Assembly: GCA_965644295.1 (NCBI GenBank) | Contig: CBFFRP010000133.1 | Location: 124,001-188,000, forward strand | Source: Paraphysomonas bandaiensis | Lineage: Eukaryota > Protista > Chrysophyceae | DNA: 64,000 bases | Direction of reading: 5' to 3' | Shown: in pieces, positions 62,494 through 64,000 of the stretch | How positions within the stretch are numbered: position 1 is the stretch's first letter | How the letters are laid out: every line of letters begins with the position of its first letter | Program-made: the position numbers and the translations under genes | Notes under the pieces: generated by a model | Databases searched by the model: none | Told to the model about the DNA's origin: nothing | What the model saw: the letters and a program-made list of their open reading frames with translations, nothing else

Positions 62494-64000
62494 CTTGCTC
62501 AAGGAATCTCGTCGCTTGCAGCTCATCATCTCTCTTCCCAGGGAACGAAGTTTTAAATGCAGGGTCCTCAGGAGTTTTATCTGAAAGATGTCCTCCTGCA
62601 GACACCTTATGCTTCGTGCATTCGGATACGGACTTCAGCTGTGTGAAACTCCAAAGTTAGTGCTCTTGGATTACAATGGAATTGTACGGGAAGCTAGGTA
62701 TTCAGACAATGGAATGCCTTACGTTGAACTAAAGGACTTACTAAAATTACCGGACCTGACGAAGCATAAGGAGTCTGCAGGACATCTTTCAGGTAAGACT
62801 CCTGAGGACCCATTGGAACTACTCCATAAGCGCTGTGGTCATGTTAGTACACACAAACTCCTAGATTTTTTCAAACACGGGTTATTTACGGGAAGTGGTC
62901 TTACCAGAGCAAGAAGTCTAAAGGTGTCTGCAATTCTTGTGCTGAGTCCAAGATTACAAGAACTTCGTTCCCTGGGAAGAGAGATGATGAACTGCAAGTG
63001 ACGAGATTTCTTGAGAAAGTGTCTATTGATATTGGAGTATATGTTAACTGTCCGTCTCTCCAGGGATGTCGATATGTACTCATGCTGTCAGATGTGGCCA
63101 CCAAGGGACTTTAGGAATATCCTCTTAGAACCCGGGCAGCTTCTGAAATTGAAGAGTAGGTTGAGTCCATACTCCCCACGCATCCCGGTGAGCATAGACT
63201 TCCAGTATCATTCGGACTGGGGTGCGGAGCTGATGATGGCTTCTTATACCACGAGGGTCGTGGTTCGCAAAGTTCTGATCGTGGCATATAGAGCCTTAGA
63301 ATCTACTGGTCGAGAGCAGCTAGAGCTCCGTTACATATTGCTGATATGGTGTCTCTACCAATATCTTTCAACGCAGGTGGCACGAAAATCCTGCGAGCAG
63401 TGACGATGGGTGACATATTCTTTTACATTGGTGCAGGTTTTTAACGCCTATTGCTATATGATAAGACTTTCAATATGAGGAGCGATCGATGCTGACTGGG
63501 GGTGGGACCACAAAACAGTCAACGGAAGATGCCTCATCGGGGAGTGAGACCCCATGTGCCTTGCCCAAGAGTAGCGTTAGCACTGCGTCTAGAGAGACTA
63601 GTGTGTGTCCCTAGCTGTAACACTGCGAACCGGGCTGCGTTAGGCAAGAGGGTACACACCCAAAGAGTAATTACTAATGTGTCCACTCTGGGTGATATCA
63701 ACCTCGTATATGTGGGGAAGATGCCGTTAACATGTGCAAAAGGCAAATCTTCTGACCCTTCTGATTACTGGGAGCCTGAGCCTCTTCCGTGTAGTGAGGC
63801 AACCGAATGGAATGAGGCTCAAAGGGCAGAAAGGGATGTGCTATTTCAGCTGAAGGTTTTTGATGTCGTTGAAATGCAACCTAGTGGCCGTGCCCTCTAA
63901 TCCCGCTATGTCGACAAACAAAAGTAAAATAAGGACGGTTCGATTAAAAAATAAAAAGCACGGCACGTTGCACTTGGCTATGGACAGCAGACAGACATGC
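62494..64000 (+). mobile_element. Decayed Ty1/copia LTR retrotransposon (GAG-pre-integrase, integrase traces, start of RT), with an inverted partial copy
   Basis: LELLHKRCGHVS (GAG-pre-integrase pattern). EWNEAQ.AE...L....VFDVV...GRAL*SRYV.K.K...DGSI...KAR.VALGY.Q matches the copia RT start, with stops. A family A 3' block lies at 63428-63472. Confidence 0.82.

Overview
This is eukaryotic nuclear DNA, not prokaryotic. Gene content and transposon types suggest a flagellated stramenopile-like protist (inference only). Compact genes with very short GT-AG introns alternate with AT-rich spacers full of nested, decayed transposons. By hand I reconstructed 11 apparently intact host genes: a lebercilin-like coiled-coil protein, an ARM-repeat protein ending in CaaX, NMD3, a MARK/SNF1-type kinase, a myristoylated EF-hand protein, PPCS, a tandem-PH protein, an AIFM2-like oxidoreductase, a CRAL-TRIO protein, PAM16 and a 16.6-kb, 19-intron VPS13-family gene with PDZ and C2 inserts. 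There is also a pseudogene of the PH gene. Mobile DNA includes an intron-containing FLYWCH-MULE transposase nested in a hAT-type element with a perfect 8-bp TSD, two hAT families, a long-TIR MITE, a dispersed LTR-like family, Ty1/copia remnants and a ~600-bp (TATG)n array. The most notable signals are: 36 of 39 inferred introns are 42-59 nt with degenerate donors; a conserved, covarying GNRA-capped structure sits inside the LTR-like repeat; there is an interlaced P-Q-P'-Q' inverted repeat; and fold-back TE fragments recur. All models come from manual reading with no database searches. I found no clearly novel multi-gene system.
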